From an uncultured virus (IMG/VR IMGVR_UViG_3300025889_000079) (Duplodnaviria; Heunggongvirae; Uroviricota; Caudoviricetes): a stretch of DNA of 64,000 nt. Positions 29,927-36,927 of the stretch are shown in pieces. The notes beneath the pieces were generated by a model that saw only the letters and a program-made list of their open reading frames with translations, did not search any database and was not told where the DNA came from. How positions within the stretch are numbered: the first letter of the stretch is position 1; the number at the start of each line of letters is the position of its first letter. Location of the stretch: IMG/VR virus record IMGVR_UViG_3300025889_000079. One strand, 5' to 3'. The translations under genes were made by a program, and so were the position numbers.

Positions 29927-31114
29927 ATGATTGACTTGAACAAAAAACAGTTAGAACAACTTGCTGTTATTAAAAGTGTCTATAATAAAGACACGGTTAC
30001 AAGGGCAGAGATTAATGCTCTTGTTAAGAAAAAAAAGATTTCAAATCCATCTTGGTTGAAATCAGACAAATACAAAATTGATAGGGGAGTTTATCAACTA
30101 CCTACCAATGATTCTAAATCTACTGAAAAACAAGTAGAAGTTCCACAAACTAATACCGAGGCCGCATATGTCGTTAGTTCGCTAACTGATAATGTTGTAC
30201 CTGCGTTAGTTCCTAACTTTGTAAATTTTGGTAACTATTCAGATATCAAAAACATTGTTAAATCTAAAAAGTTTTATCCTGTATTCATCACAGGTCTTTC
30301 TGGTAATGGTAAAACACTTGCTGTTACACAGGCGTGTGCTGAAACTAAAAGAGAGATGATTAGGGTTAACATTACAATTGAAACTGACGAGGACGATTTA
30401 CTTGGCGGTTACAGATTAAAAGATGGACAAACTGTCTGGCAAGATGGTCCAGTTATTGAGGCGATGAAAAGAGGCGCTATCTTATTACTTGATGAGATTG
30501 ACCTTGCTTCAAATAAAGTTATGTGTTTACAACCAATCCTTGAAGGATCAGGTGTCTATGTTAAGAAGATAAACAGATTCGTTAAACCTAAAGTAGGGTT
30601 CAATGTGATTGCTACTGCTAATACTAAAGGGCAAGGTAGTGATGATGGTAAGTTTATCGGTACTAATATTCTTAACGAGGCGTTCCTTGAAAGATTTCCA
30701 GTAACCTTTGAACAAGAATATCCTTCTGCTAAAGTAGAAGAACAAATTGTATCTAATACGCTTAAGTCGGTTGGTAAATCAGATGTTAAGTTTGCTACCA
30801 ATCTAGTTACTTGGGCAGATGTAATTAGAAAAACATACAAAGATGGCGGTATTGATGAGATTATCAGTACAAGAAGATTAGTCCACATCGCTGAGGCATA
30901 TGGTATCTTCAAAAACAAAATGAAGGCTATTCAAGTATGTACTAATAGATTTGATGATGATACTAAAAACTCTTTCACCGAGTTATATACTAAAGTTGAC
31001 TCTGGTGCTAGTGTTGAACAAATACTAGAGGAGAAAAAACAACAAGAGTTGTCGTCATTAGAACCAGATTCCAATGATAGTGAGGATGACAAAGATGAGG
31101 ATATCCAAGTCTAG
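29927..31114 (+). CDS. CobS/MoxR-like AAA+ ATPase
   Basis: GLSGNGKT, LLLDEID, ATANTKGQG, NEAFLERF, STRRL. Confidence 0.92.
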   Translation: MIDLNKKQLEQLAVIKSVYNKDTVTRAEINALVKKKKISNPSWLKSDKYKIDRGVYQLPTNDSKSTEKQVEVPQTNTEAAYVVSSLTDNVVPALVPNFVNFGNYSDIKNIVKSKKFYPVFITGLSGNGKTLAVTQACAETKREMIRVNITIETDEDDLLGGYRLKDGQTVWQDGPVIEAMKRGAILLLDEIDLASNKVMCLQPILEGSGVYVKKINRFVKPKVGFNVIATANTKGQGSDDGKFIGTNILNEAFLERFPVTFEQEYPSAKVEEQIVSNTLKSVGKSDVKFATNLVTWADVIRKTYKDGGIDEIISTRRLVHIAEAYGIFKNKMKAIQVCTNRFDDDTKNSFTELYTKVDSGASVEQILEEKKQQELSSLEPDSNDSEDDKDEDIQV

Positions 31115-31143
31115 TCTAAAATCTATTTCATAGTGTAAGTCCA

Positions 31144-31170
31144 GACCAGGCCGAGAGGCCTGGTCGTTTA
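31144..31170 (+). terminator. Hairpin/terminator after cobS-like gene
   Basis: GACCAGGCC-GAGA-GGCCTGGTC: 9-bp stem with a GNRA loop. Confidence 0.7.
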
Positions 31171-31182
31171 CTAGGAGATAAA

Positions 31183-31449
31183 ATGAAAAAAGAAACAGTT
31201 GAAGAATTTTTAAAACGAGGTGGTAAGATAGAGAAATTAAAACCAGGTTATCCTAAATTAGGAGTTGGTTCATTAGAAAAAAGTAAAAAACCTATGTGGT
31301 CAAAAGAAGAAATACAAAAAGGTGAAGATAAAAAACGTGATTGGGAATCTAAAGAATCAATATATCAAAAACCATCTAACGACCATTTATTAAGTAATAA
31401 AATTCCAGTTTATGATAAACTAAACAATGATGAAAAGGAGGTAAATTAA
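31183..31449 (+). CDS. Hypothetical protein
   Basis: RBS AGGAG; VEEFLKRGGKIEKL motif common in small phage proteins. Confidence 0.65.
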   Translation: MKKETVEEFLKRGGKIEKLKPGYPKLGVGSLEKSKKPMWSKEEIQKGEDKKRDWESKESIYQKPSNDHLLSNKIPVYDKLNNDEKEVN

Positions 31450-31450
31450 C

Positions 31451-31690
31451 TTGGTAACAATAGTTGTAAAAAATAATAATGTTGAGCAAGCTTTACGAAT
31501 TTTAAAACGTAAAGTTCAAAAGACAGGCATTATTAAAGAGTTAAGAGATCGACAATACTATCAAAAACCATCTGCTAAAAAAAGAGAAGCAGGTAAAGAG
31601 CGTAAAAAACTTCTTTATAAAGTACAAAAGAAGTATGATGAGATGAATGGTATTGTAGTTATAAAAGGCAAAAAAGTAAAAAGAATTTAG
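31451..31690 (+). CDS. rpsU: Ribosomal protein bS21
   Basis: VKNNNVEQALRILKRK...ELRDRQYYQKPSAKKRE; TTG start behind GGAGGT. Confidence 0.9.
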   Translation: MVTIVVKNNNVEQALRILKRKVQKTGIIKELRDRQYYQKPSAKKREAGKERKKLLYKVQKKYDEMNGIVVIKGKKVKRI

Positions 31691-31692
31691 AG

Positions 31693-31857
31693 TTTTTACG
31701 CCGTTTGTGTCTGTATATATATTATACCCTACTAGGCAATTCGTAAGTCCTTGTAGAGGCGTAAAAAAAGGCCTTGATAGTGCCTAGACTATAAGTCTAA
31801 ACTATCAGCAAAACGGTGACCTTTGGCAGTTTGCACTCCGTGATAAAAGAAACTGCC
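31693..31857 (+). ncRNA. Unclassified structured RNA between rpsU and hsp20
   Basis: Three stems (31693-702/31758-767; 31775-781/31801-807 enclosing 31785-790/31794-799; 31825-832/31850-857) plus cross-pairing CTAGGCA/TGCCTAG. Confidence 0.45.
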
Positions 31858-31885
31858 TTAATAATATGTGCGACAAAATGTGCTA

Positions 31886-31913
31886 CTTGCAATTTTGAAA
31901 TTCGTACTTATAT
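31886..31913 (+). promoter_or_regulatory. RpoH (sigma32)-type promoter for hsp20
   Basis: CTTG-N17-CTTATAT matches the alphaproteobacterial heat-shock consensus CTTG-N17-CYTATNT. Confidence 0.55.
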
Positions 31914-31972
31914 ATTAAGTAAGAACGCCATAATGGGTTCTTAAAATAACTTGCTTTAAAAGGAGGAAATAT

Positions 31973-32425
31973 ATGACAAATAATAAAGCACTTTCTATCT
32001 TTAATCAATTAAGACCTTTATCAGTAGGTTTTGATTCAATATTTGACCATTTTGAGTCAATGTTTGATGATGACTTTATGAGATTACCTACTGTTAATTA
32101 TCCACCATACAATATCGTAAAGGCTGGTAAGAATGCTTACAATATTGAAGTAGCACTTGCAGGCTTTAATAAAAAAGATATTGATGTATCTGTGGAAGAT
32201 GGTGTATTAACTATTGAGTCTAAAAAGTCTGATAAAGACGAAACTAAAGACGAAGATGGTAATACTATCTATAAAGGTATCTCTAAAAGATATTTTAAAA
32301 GATCATTTACAATCGCTAATGATGTTGAAATCAAAGGCGCTGAATTAAAAGACGGTCTTTTAACTGTATCAATGGAGAAAATTGTACCAGAATCTAAAAA
32401 ACTTAAAACTATTGACATTAAGTAA
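31973..32425 (+). CDS. Small heat-shock protein Hsp20 (IbpA-like)
   Basis: NYPPYNI, IEVALAGF, KGISKRYFKRSF, AELKDGLL. Confidence 0.95.
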   Translation: MTNNKALSIFNQLRPLSVGFDSIFDHFESMFDDDFMRLPTVNYPPYNIVKAGKNAYNIEVALAGFNKKDIDVSVEDGVLTIESKKSDKDETKDEDGNTIYKGISKRYFKRSFTIANDVEIKGAELKDGLLTVSMEKIVPESKKLKTIDIK

Positions 32426-32437
32426 TTAGATTAAAAG

Positions 32438-32470
32438 AAAGTGGCGGCTTATTGACAAGTCGCCACTTTT
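32438..32470 (+). terminator. Terminator hairpin with an embedded -35 element
   Basis: AAAGTGGCGGCTT-ATTGAC-AAGTCGCCACTTTT; TTGACA (32452)-N17-TATAAT (32475). Confidence 0.7.
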
Positions 32471-32494
32471 AGTATATAATAAAAGAATTATTAT

Positions 32495-32502
32495 TATAAA
32501 TA
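32495..32502 (+). promoter_or_regulatory. T4-type late promoter
   Basis: TATAAATA. Confidence 0.6.
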
Positions 32503-32549
32503 ATAATATTGCTATAAAACAAACACACACACACACAAAGGAGAAAATT

Positions 32550-32900
32550 ATGGCACAATCACGTAACGGTTATGAAATAAGAACCGATCTATTAGGTCTT
32601 GCGAAACAAATCGCTGACTTCAATTTTAACGCTCAAATCAAAGAGTTCGAATACTCAATCAGAAAAGACGGCGATCAAGTTGTACAAGAGTTTAAAGCTC
32701 CAACTTTATCTGCTGAAGATATCATTGAAACTGCTAAAAAGTTTAATGACTTCGTAACTACTGGTGAAGGTTTATCGACTTTCAAAGATGTAGGGCAAAA
32801 AATGTATGAAGAAGGTTTAAAAAATACTAAACCTTTTACAGAAGCATACCAAAGTATGGTAAAGGCTTTTTATCCACACTTAAACTCTCAAAGTAAGTAA
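32550..32900 (+). CDS. Hypothetical protein
   Basis: RBS AAGGAG after an (AC)7 tract; NGYEIRTDLL...EDIIETAKKFNDFV. Confidence 0.75.
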   Translation: MAQSRNGYEIRTDLLGLAKQIADFNFNAQIKEFEYSIRKDGDQVVQEFKAPTLSAEDIIETAKKFNDFVTTGEGLSTFKDVGQKMYEEGLKNTKPFTEAYQSMVKAFYPHLNSQSK

Positions 32901-32922
32901 TTACAGAAAACGAGAGGGTCAA

Positions 32923-33084
32923 ATGTGGCCATACAATTTATGTGAGTGGAAAACAATCACTTACGGATTAAAAAAATTAAAAGAAGATAAACAAAAAAGA
33001 GATGAAATTAAAATAGCATTGATTTCACTTATTCCTAGTTCATTGTTAATAGGCTTTATTATCTTTTTTGCTATATTTGCTTAA
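32923..33084 (+). CDS. Small membrane protein (53 aa, not in ORF track)
   Basis: MWPYNLCEWKTITYG...IALISLIPSSLLIGFIIFFAIFA; preceded by GAGAGG. Confidence 0.55.
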   Translation: MWPYNLCEWKTITYGLKKLKEDKQKRDEIKIALISLIPSSLLIGFIIFFAIFA

Positions 33085-33093
33085 TCAAATCTT

Positions 33094-33123
33094 AAAGGGT
33101 GGTGGTTCTCACCACCCTTTTTT
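33094..33123 (+). terminator. Rho-independent terminator
   Basis: AAAGGGTGGTG-loop-CACCACCCTTT plus T tract. Confidence 0.85.
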
Positions 33124-33135
33124 ATAAATAACTGT

Positions 33136-33333
33136 ATGACACACAGACTCAACTGGGCACCCAACGAAGGCAACTTCCAAGAATATCCATACGAAACAGA
33201 ATGGTTGGAATGTAGTTGGAAATATGTTCATCAAACACTCAATATGGTAACAGCGTTTTATTATCCTTGGATACGTATTGATTACGAAAGTTTTAAAGAT
33301 CAATATCCTTGGGTACAATCACCAAATTATTAA
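33136..33333 (+). CDS. Hypothetical aromatic-rich protein
   Basis: Follows a late promoter at 33123-33130; 65 aa, W/Y rich. Confidence 0.55.
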   Translation: MTHRLNWAPNEGNFQEYPYETEWLECSWKYVHQTLNMVTAFYYPWIRIDYESFKDQYPWVQSPNY

Positions 33334-33336
33334 TAG

Positions 33337-33460
33337 TTTACATTTTTTACAAATTTACAAAATTTAAATTTACAACGTTTACAGCATTTACAACACTCAC
33401 CTTAGAATTTAACAATATCAACAATAAATAATTTACATAAGATTATTTACAATCTTTACA
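33337..33460 (+). repeat. Array of nine TTTACA direct repeats
   Basis: Copies start at 33337, 33346, 33354, 33369, 33378, 33387, 33432, 33446 and 33455. Confidence 0.75.
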
Positions 33461-33485
33461 AATAGTAAACTAAGGAGAAGTATAG

Positions 33486-33665
33486 ATGACTAGAAGAAAC
33501 GACCACAACATAGAAAGTAATTGTGTTGCTTTTGAAGATCATTGTTATAATGAACAAGACAATTACTATGATAGTATTCTAAAGATGAATACAAAAGAAC
33601 AACAATATATTCACAGGACTGGACAAAAATTTGTTGAATATTTAAAAAATTTATTAGGAGTATAA
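33486..33665 (+). CDS. Hypothetical 59-aa protein (not in ORF track)
   Basis: RBS AAGGAG; MTRRNDHNIESNCVAFEDHCY...LLGV; stop abuts the aceA start. Confidence 0.6.
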   Translation: MTRRNDHNIESNCVAFEDHCYNEQDNYYDSILKMNTKEQQYIHRTGQKFVEYLKNLLGV

Positions 33666-33666
33666 A

Positions 33667-34875
33667 ATGAGTAAGGAGATTGATAAATTAAAAGGAACAT
33701 TTAAAGTTGATTATTCAGTATCAAAAGAATTATCACAAAAATTAAGAGATTTATTACAAGATAATTCTTATGTCAATACATTAGGAAGTTTATCAGGTAA
33801 TCAGGCCGTTCAACACGCAAAGGCAGGATTAAAAGCAATTTATCTTTCAGGTTGGCAAGTCGCAGCAGATAATAATAGTGCTGGTCAAATGTATCCAGAT
33901 CAATCTTTATATCCAGTAGATTCTGCACCTTTATTAGTAGAGAAGATGATTAATGCTTTAATGAGAGCAGATCAAGTACAACATTTAGAATTTTGCGAAG
34001 GTAAGTTAAATCCTAGACATTTAACAGATTACAAAATGCCTATCATCGCTGACGGTGAGGCGGGCTTTGGTGGACCATTAAACGTATTTGAATTAACAAA
34101 ACGATTTATCAAAGCAGGTGCTGCTGGTGTTCACTTTGAAGATCAATTAGCAAGTGAAAAGAAGTGTGGACATATGGGTGGTAAAGTTTTAATACCTACA
34201 TCACACGCAATACGAAATTTAAAAGCAGCAAGATTGGCTGCTGACATATGCGAAGTGCCATTAGTAATATGTGCAAGAACAGACGCTAATGCTGCCAAGT
34301 TATTAACAAACGATATTGATGAAAACGATAAACCTTTTTTAACTGGTGAAAGATCACCAGAAGGTTTTTATTATGTAAAGAATGGATTAGATCAGGCAAT
34401 CAGTAGAGGCCTTGCATATGCACCTTATGCCGATTTAATTTGGTGTGAAACAGATAAACCAAATATAGATGAGGCAAAAAGATTTGCAGATGCTATTCAC
34501 GCTAAGTTTCCAGATAAGATGTTGGCATATAATTGTAGTCCATCCTTTAACTGGAAGAAACATTTAAGTGATGATGAGATACTAAACTTTCAAAAGACTA
34601 TTGCAAATTTTGGTTATAAGTTTCACTTTATAACTCTTGCTGGCTTTCATTTACAAAATTATGCTACATTTAAACTTGCAAAAGAATACAGTAAAGACGG
34701 TATGTTAGCTTATTCTAAATTACAAGAAGATGAGTTTAAAGCTGAGAGTGAAGGTTATACAGCAGTAAAACATCAACGAGAAGTGGGTGCTTCATACTTT
34801 GACGCTATATCTACTTTGTTAGGAAATCAATCTACACAAGCGATTAAAGGTAGTACGGAAGAAGAACAGTTTTAG
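33667..34875 (+). CDS. aceA: Isocitrate lyase
   Basis: IYLSGWQVA, YPDQSLYP, DGEAGFGG, EDQLASEKKCGHMGGK catalytic loop, WCET, YNCSPSFNW, KHQREVG, STEEEQF. Confidence 0.96.
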   Translation: MSKEIDKLKGTFKVDYSVSKELSQKLRDLLQDNSYVNTLGSLSGNQAVQHAKAGLKAIYLSGWQVAADNNSAGQMYPDQSLYPVDSAPLLVEKMINALMRADQVQHLEFCEGKLNPRHLTDYKMPIIADGEAGFGGPLNVFELTKRFIKAGAAGVHFEDQLASEKKCGHMGGKVLIPTSHAIRNLKAARLAADICEVPLVICARTDANAAKLLTNDIDENDKPFLTGERSPEGFYYVKNGLDQAISRGLAYAPYADLIWCETDKPNIDEAKRFADAIHAKFPDKMLAYNCSPSFNWKKHLSDDEILNFQKTIANFGYKFHFITLAGFHLQNYATFKLAKEYSKDGMLAYSKLQEDEFKAESEGYTAVKHQREVGASYFDAISTLLGNQSTQAIKGSTEEEQF

Positions 34876-34878
34876 TTA

Positions 34879-34907
34879 TTGACTTTCTTTGTAAAAAATA
34901 ATATAAT
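34879..34907 (+). promoter_or_regulatory. Sigma70-type promoter upstream of riboswitch
   Basis: TTGACT-N17-TATAAT. Confidence 0.6.
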
Positions 34908-34956
34908 ATAGGTATTGGTATTTTGCGAATCAGATATTGGTTTAACGCATATCGGA

Positions 34957-34964
34957 TATAAATA
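34957..34964 (+). promoter_or_regulatory. T4-type late promoter driving the riboswitch leader
   Basis: TATAAATA ending 6 nt before the aptamer. Confidence 0.7.
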
Positions 34965-34970
34965 CTTAAT

Positions 34971-35022
34971 ATCGTTCAACTCTTATGAGTCGGAAGTAAG
35001 CGTATGCTGAAGGAACGCACCT
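34971..35022 (+). ncRNA. Glutamine riboswitch (glnA RNA motif)
   Basis: ATCGTTC-A-ACTC-TTAT-GAGT-CGGAAGTA-AGC-GTAT-GCT-GAAG-GAACG-C. P1 is CGTTC/GAACG; P2 and P3 hairpins and the conserved GGAAGUA...GAAG core match the glnA three-way junction. Confidence 0.85.
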
Positions 35023-35045
35023 AACTTAAAATAAAAGGAGGGTGT

Positions 35046-35243
35046 ATGATAGAAAGATTTACACAACTATTAAAAACTTTTTCTGAAGAAAAAGAACAAA
35101 GTAAAAAAGTAAATACCTTGTTGAAAGCCAGAAAAGAAGTTGAAATTAATGGTAGTGGAACATCAGGTTATGTTGTTAAATACGGTTCTAATAAAGGCCG
35201 TGTTCTTGGACACATAATACAAAAATCCAATAATAATTGGTAG
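35046..35243 (+). CDS. Small basic protein under glutamine-riboswitch control
   Basis: RBS AAGGAGG directly after the aptamer; 65 aa, Lys-rich. Confidence 0.75.
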   Translation: MIERFTQLLKTFSEEKEQSKKVNTLLKARKEVEINGSGTSGYVVKYGSNKGRVLGHIIQKSNNNW

Positions 35244-35258
35244 TATCTATAATTGATG

Positions 35259-35337
35259 TATAAATAATAGTACACCACAAGAGAGTCTTAGGACTCTTTT
35301 AGAGGGAAGAGTTACCTCCACATTATACTCTTCCCTC
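35259..35337 (+). ncRNA. Possible small late RNA (two hairpins)
   Basis: TATAAATA at 35259; hairpin GAGAGTC/GACTCTT, then an 11-bp stem GAGGGAAGAGT/ACTCTTCCCTC with loop TACCTCCACATTAT; no ORF. Confidence 0.35.
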
Positions 35338-35351
35338 ACTTAAATTCACGC

Positions 35352-35380
35352 TTGACATTTTTTTCATTCTGTAGTATAAT
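35352..35380 (+). promoter_or_regulatory. Sigma70-type promoter
   Basis: TTGACA-N17-TATAAT. Confidence 0.7.
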
Positions 35381-35397
35381 TATCCATAAATAATCAT

Positions 35398-35586
35398 ATG
35401 CAAAAAATTATTTCCAAAATAGGACAATTTCATTCAAAGGTGTTTGGTAAAATATCTGAAAAGGCCAAGACATCTAAAGTATGGGCAATTGTATTATCTT
35501 TATTAGTTATCTATGAAGTTATAGAACACGTTGTTTATCCTATTTTAGTGCCGTACCTAGTTTATTTAAACTGGTGGGCAAAGTAA
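35398..35586 (+). CDS. Small membrane protein
   Basis: Hydrophobic segment VWAIVLSLLVIYEVIEHVVYPILVPYLVYL. Confidence 0.6.
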   Translation: MQKIISKIGQFHSKVFGKISEKAKTSKVWAIVLSLLVIYEVIEHVVYPILVPYLVYLNWWAK

Positions 35587-35615
35587 TTGACAAAAATTAT
35601 TTTTTGTGTTATAAT
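35587..35615 (+). promoter_or_regulatory. Sigma70-type promoter of the replication operon
   Basis: TTGACA-N17-TATAAT. Confidence 0.75.
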
Positions 35616-35626
35616 AAAACTATATT

Positions 35627-35890
35627 ATGAAATACAATGAAAAAGAAACATTAGAAGAAATTTACGAGTATATCAAATCAACTTACGGCCAACACTATTC
35701 AAGTGGACAAGATGGCTTTCAAGTACAAGACTTATTTAAAACATTAGAAATCGGACAAGATTTTTGTCAGGCTAATGCAATTAAATATTTGTGTAGATAT
35801 GGTAAGAAGGATGGATATAATCGTAAAGACTTGCTAAAGGCCGTACACTATGTTATACTATTATTAAATTATGATAAGGAGAAAAAATAA
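35627..35890 (+). CDS. DUF3310-like phage protein
   Basis: HYS...FCQANAIKYLCRYGKKDG...DLLKAVHY. Confidence 0.75.
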   Translation: MKYNEKETLEEIYEYIKSTYGQHYSSGQDGFQVQDLFKTLEIGQDFCQANAIKYLCRYGKKDGYNRKDLLKAVHYVILLLNYDKEKK

Positions 35891-36555
35891 TGAAAATAAG
35901 TGAAAGTACACTCTCTATATTGAGAAACTTTTCCGACATTAATCAGAACATTCTGTTTAAACCAGGAAAAAATATTGCTACAATGTCCACAATGAAAAAC
36001 ATTATGGCAACAGCAACAGTTGAAGAAGAATTTGAACAAGAGTTTGGCGTTTATGATTTGCCAGAGTTTTTAAGAGCATTAGATTCTTTTCAAGCACCAG
36101 TTCTAAAATTTAACGGTGCAGCCAACCTAAAAATACAAGACGAAAAATCTACATTAGCAGCAAGATATGCTTTTGCAGATAAATCAACATTAGTATCTCC
36201 ACAAAAAGAGATTGCTATGCCTGATAAGACAGTTACATTTACTTTAAAACAATCTGATTACGAATCGTTAAAGAAATTATATACTAATCTTTCTTTACCT
36301 GATATTGCAATCAAAGGTGAAAATGGTAAAATTAAACTTGTCGCTTTAGATAAGAAAAATAATAATTCAAACGAATCATCAATTACAATTGGTGAAACAG
36401 ATGTTGAGTTTACTGCTTATGTTAAAGCAGAAAATCTAAAAGTTATACCAGGCGATTATGATGTTGCATTATCAAAAGCAAAAATTGCTAATTTTGTAAA
36501 CAAAAAAATCAAAATACAATACTGGATTGCATTAGAAGCCGATAGTACATTTTAG
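35890..36555 (+). CDS. Sliding clamp (gp45)
   Basis: MKISESTLSILRNFSDINQNI, FGVYDLPEFL, PGDYDV, YWIALE. Confidence 0.95.
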   Translation: MKISESTLSILRNFSDINQNILFKPGKNIATMSTMKNIMATATVEEEFEQEFGVYDLPEFLRALDSFQAPVLKFNGAANLKIQDEKSTLAARYAFADKSTLVSPQKEIAMPDKTVTFTLKQSDYESLKKLYTNLSLPDIAIKGENGKIKLVALDKKNNNSNESSITIGETDVEFTAYVKAENLKVIPGDYDVALSKAKIANFVNKKIKIQYWIALEADSTF

Positions 36556-36557
36556 TT

Positions 36558-36905
36558 ATGAGTGAAATATATAAACTAGAAGATGGTACTGAATATAAAG
36601 CAGACGACTTTTTAAAAGTTGAAACCAGAGAATATCATCAAACTACACATTATCTTAACAGACAAATTGCTGTTGAAGATATAATCAATGAGTTTGGTAG
36701 TTTACCTAACTTTGAAAAAGGTCTATACTTTGATTGGTCTACTTATCATAACGCTAGTGAAGAAGATAAAGAGTTAGCAGATAAGGTACAACAATTTGTT
36801 GATGAGCACGATTATGACCGTGAAGAAGATTGTTGGACAATGAACAAAGGTGGTTATGATGTTGATACATCTATTGTAGAAAAATTTACAATGGAAACTA
36901 AATAA
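36558..36905 (+). CDS. Hypothetical acidic protein
   Basis: 115-aa ORF between gp45 and gp44. Confidence 0.6.
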   Translation: MSEIYKLEDGTEYKADDFLKVETREYHQTTHYLNRQIAVEDIINEFGSLPNFEKGLYFDWSTYHNASEEDKELADKVQQFVDEHDYDREEDCWTMNKGGYDVDTSIVEKFTMETK

Positions 36906-36927
36906 TGAATAAAGTGAGGTTTATATT

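Noticed and set aside
27675..31114. Cobalamin biosynthesis (CobST chelatase) function
   Set aside because: No CobN or other cob genes here; phage CobS/CobT-like pairs are better read as a MoxR AAA+/VWA chaperone system.
31693..31857. tRNA, tmRNA or SAM-II/V riboswitch interpretation
   Set aside because: No cloverleaf, T-loop, CCA end or tag frame, and the SAM-II/V cores are not matched; kept as an unclassified RNA.
33337..33460. CRISPR array interpretation of the TTTACA repeats
   Set aside because: Repeats are 6 nt with mostly 2-9 nt gaps; there are no 25-40 nt repeats or spacers and no cas genes.
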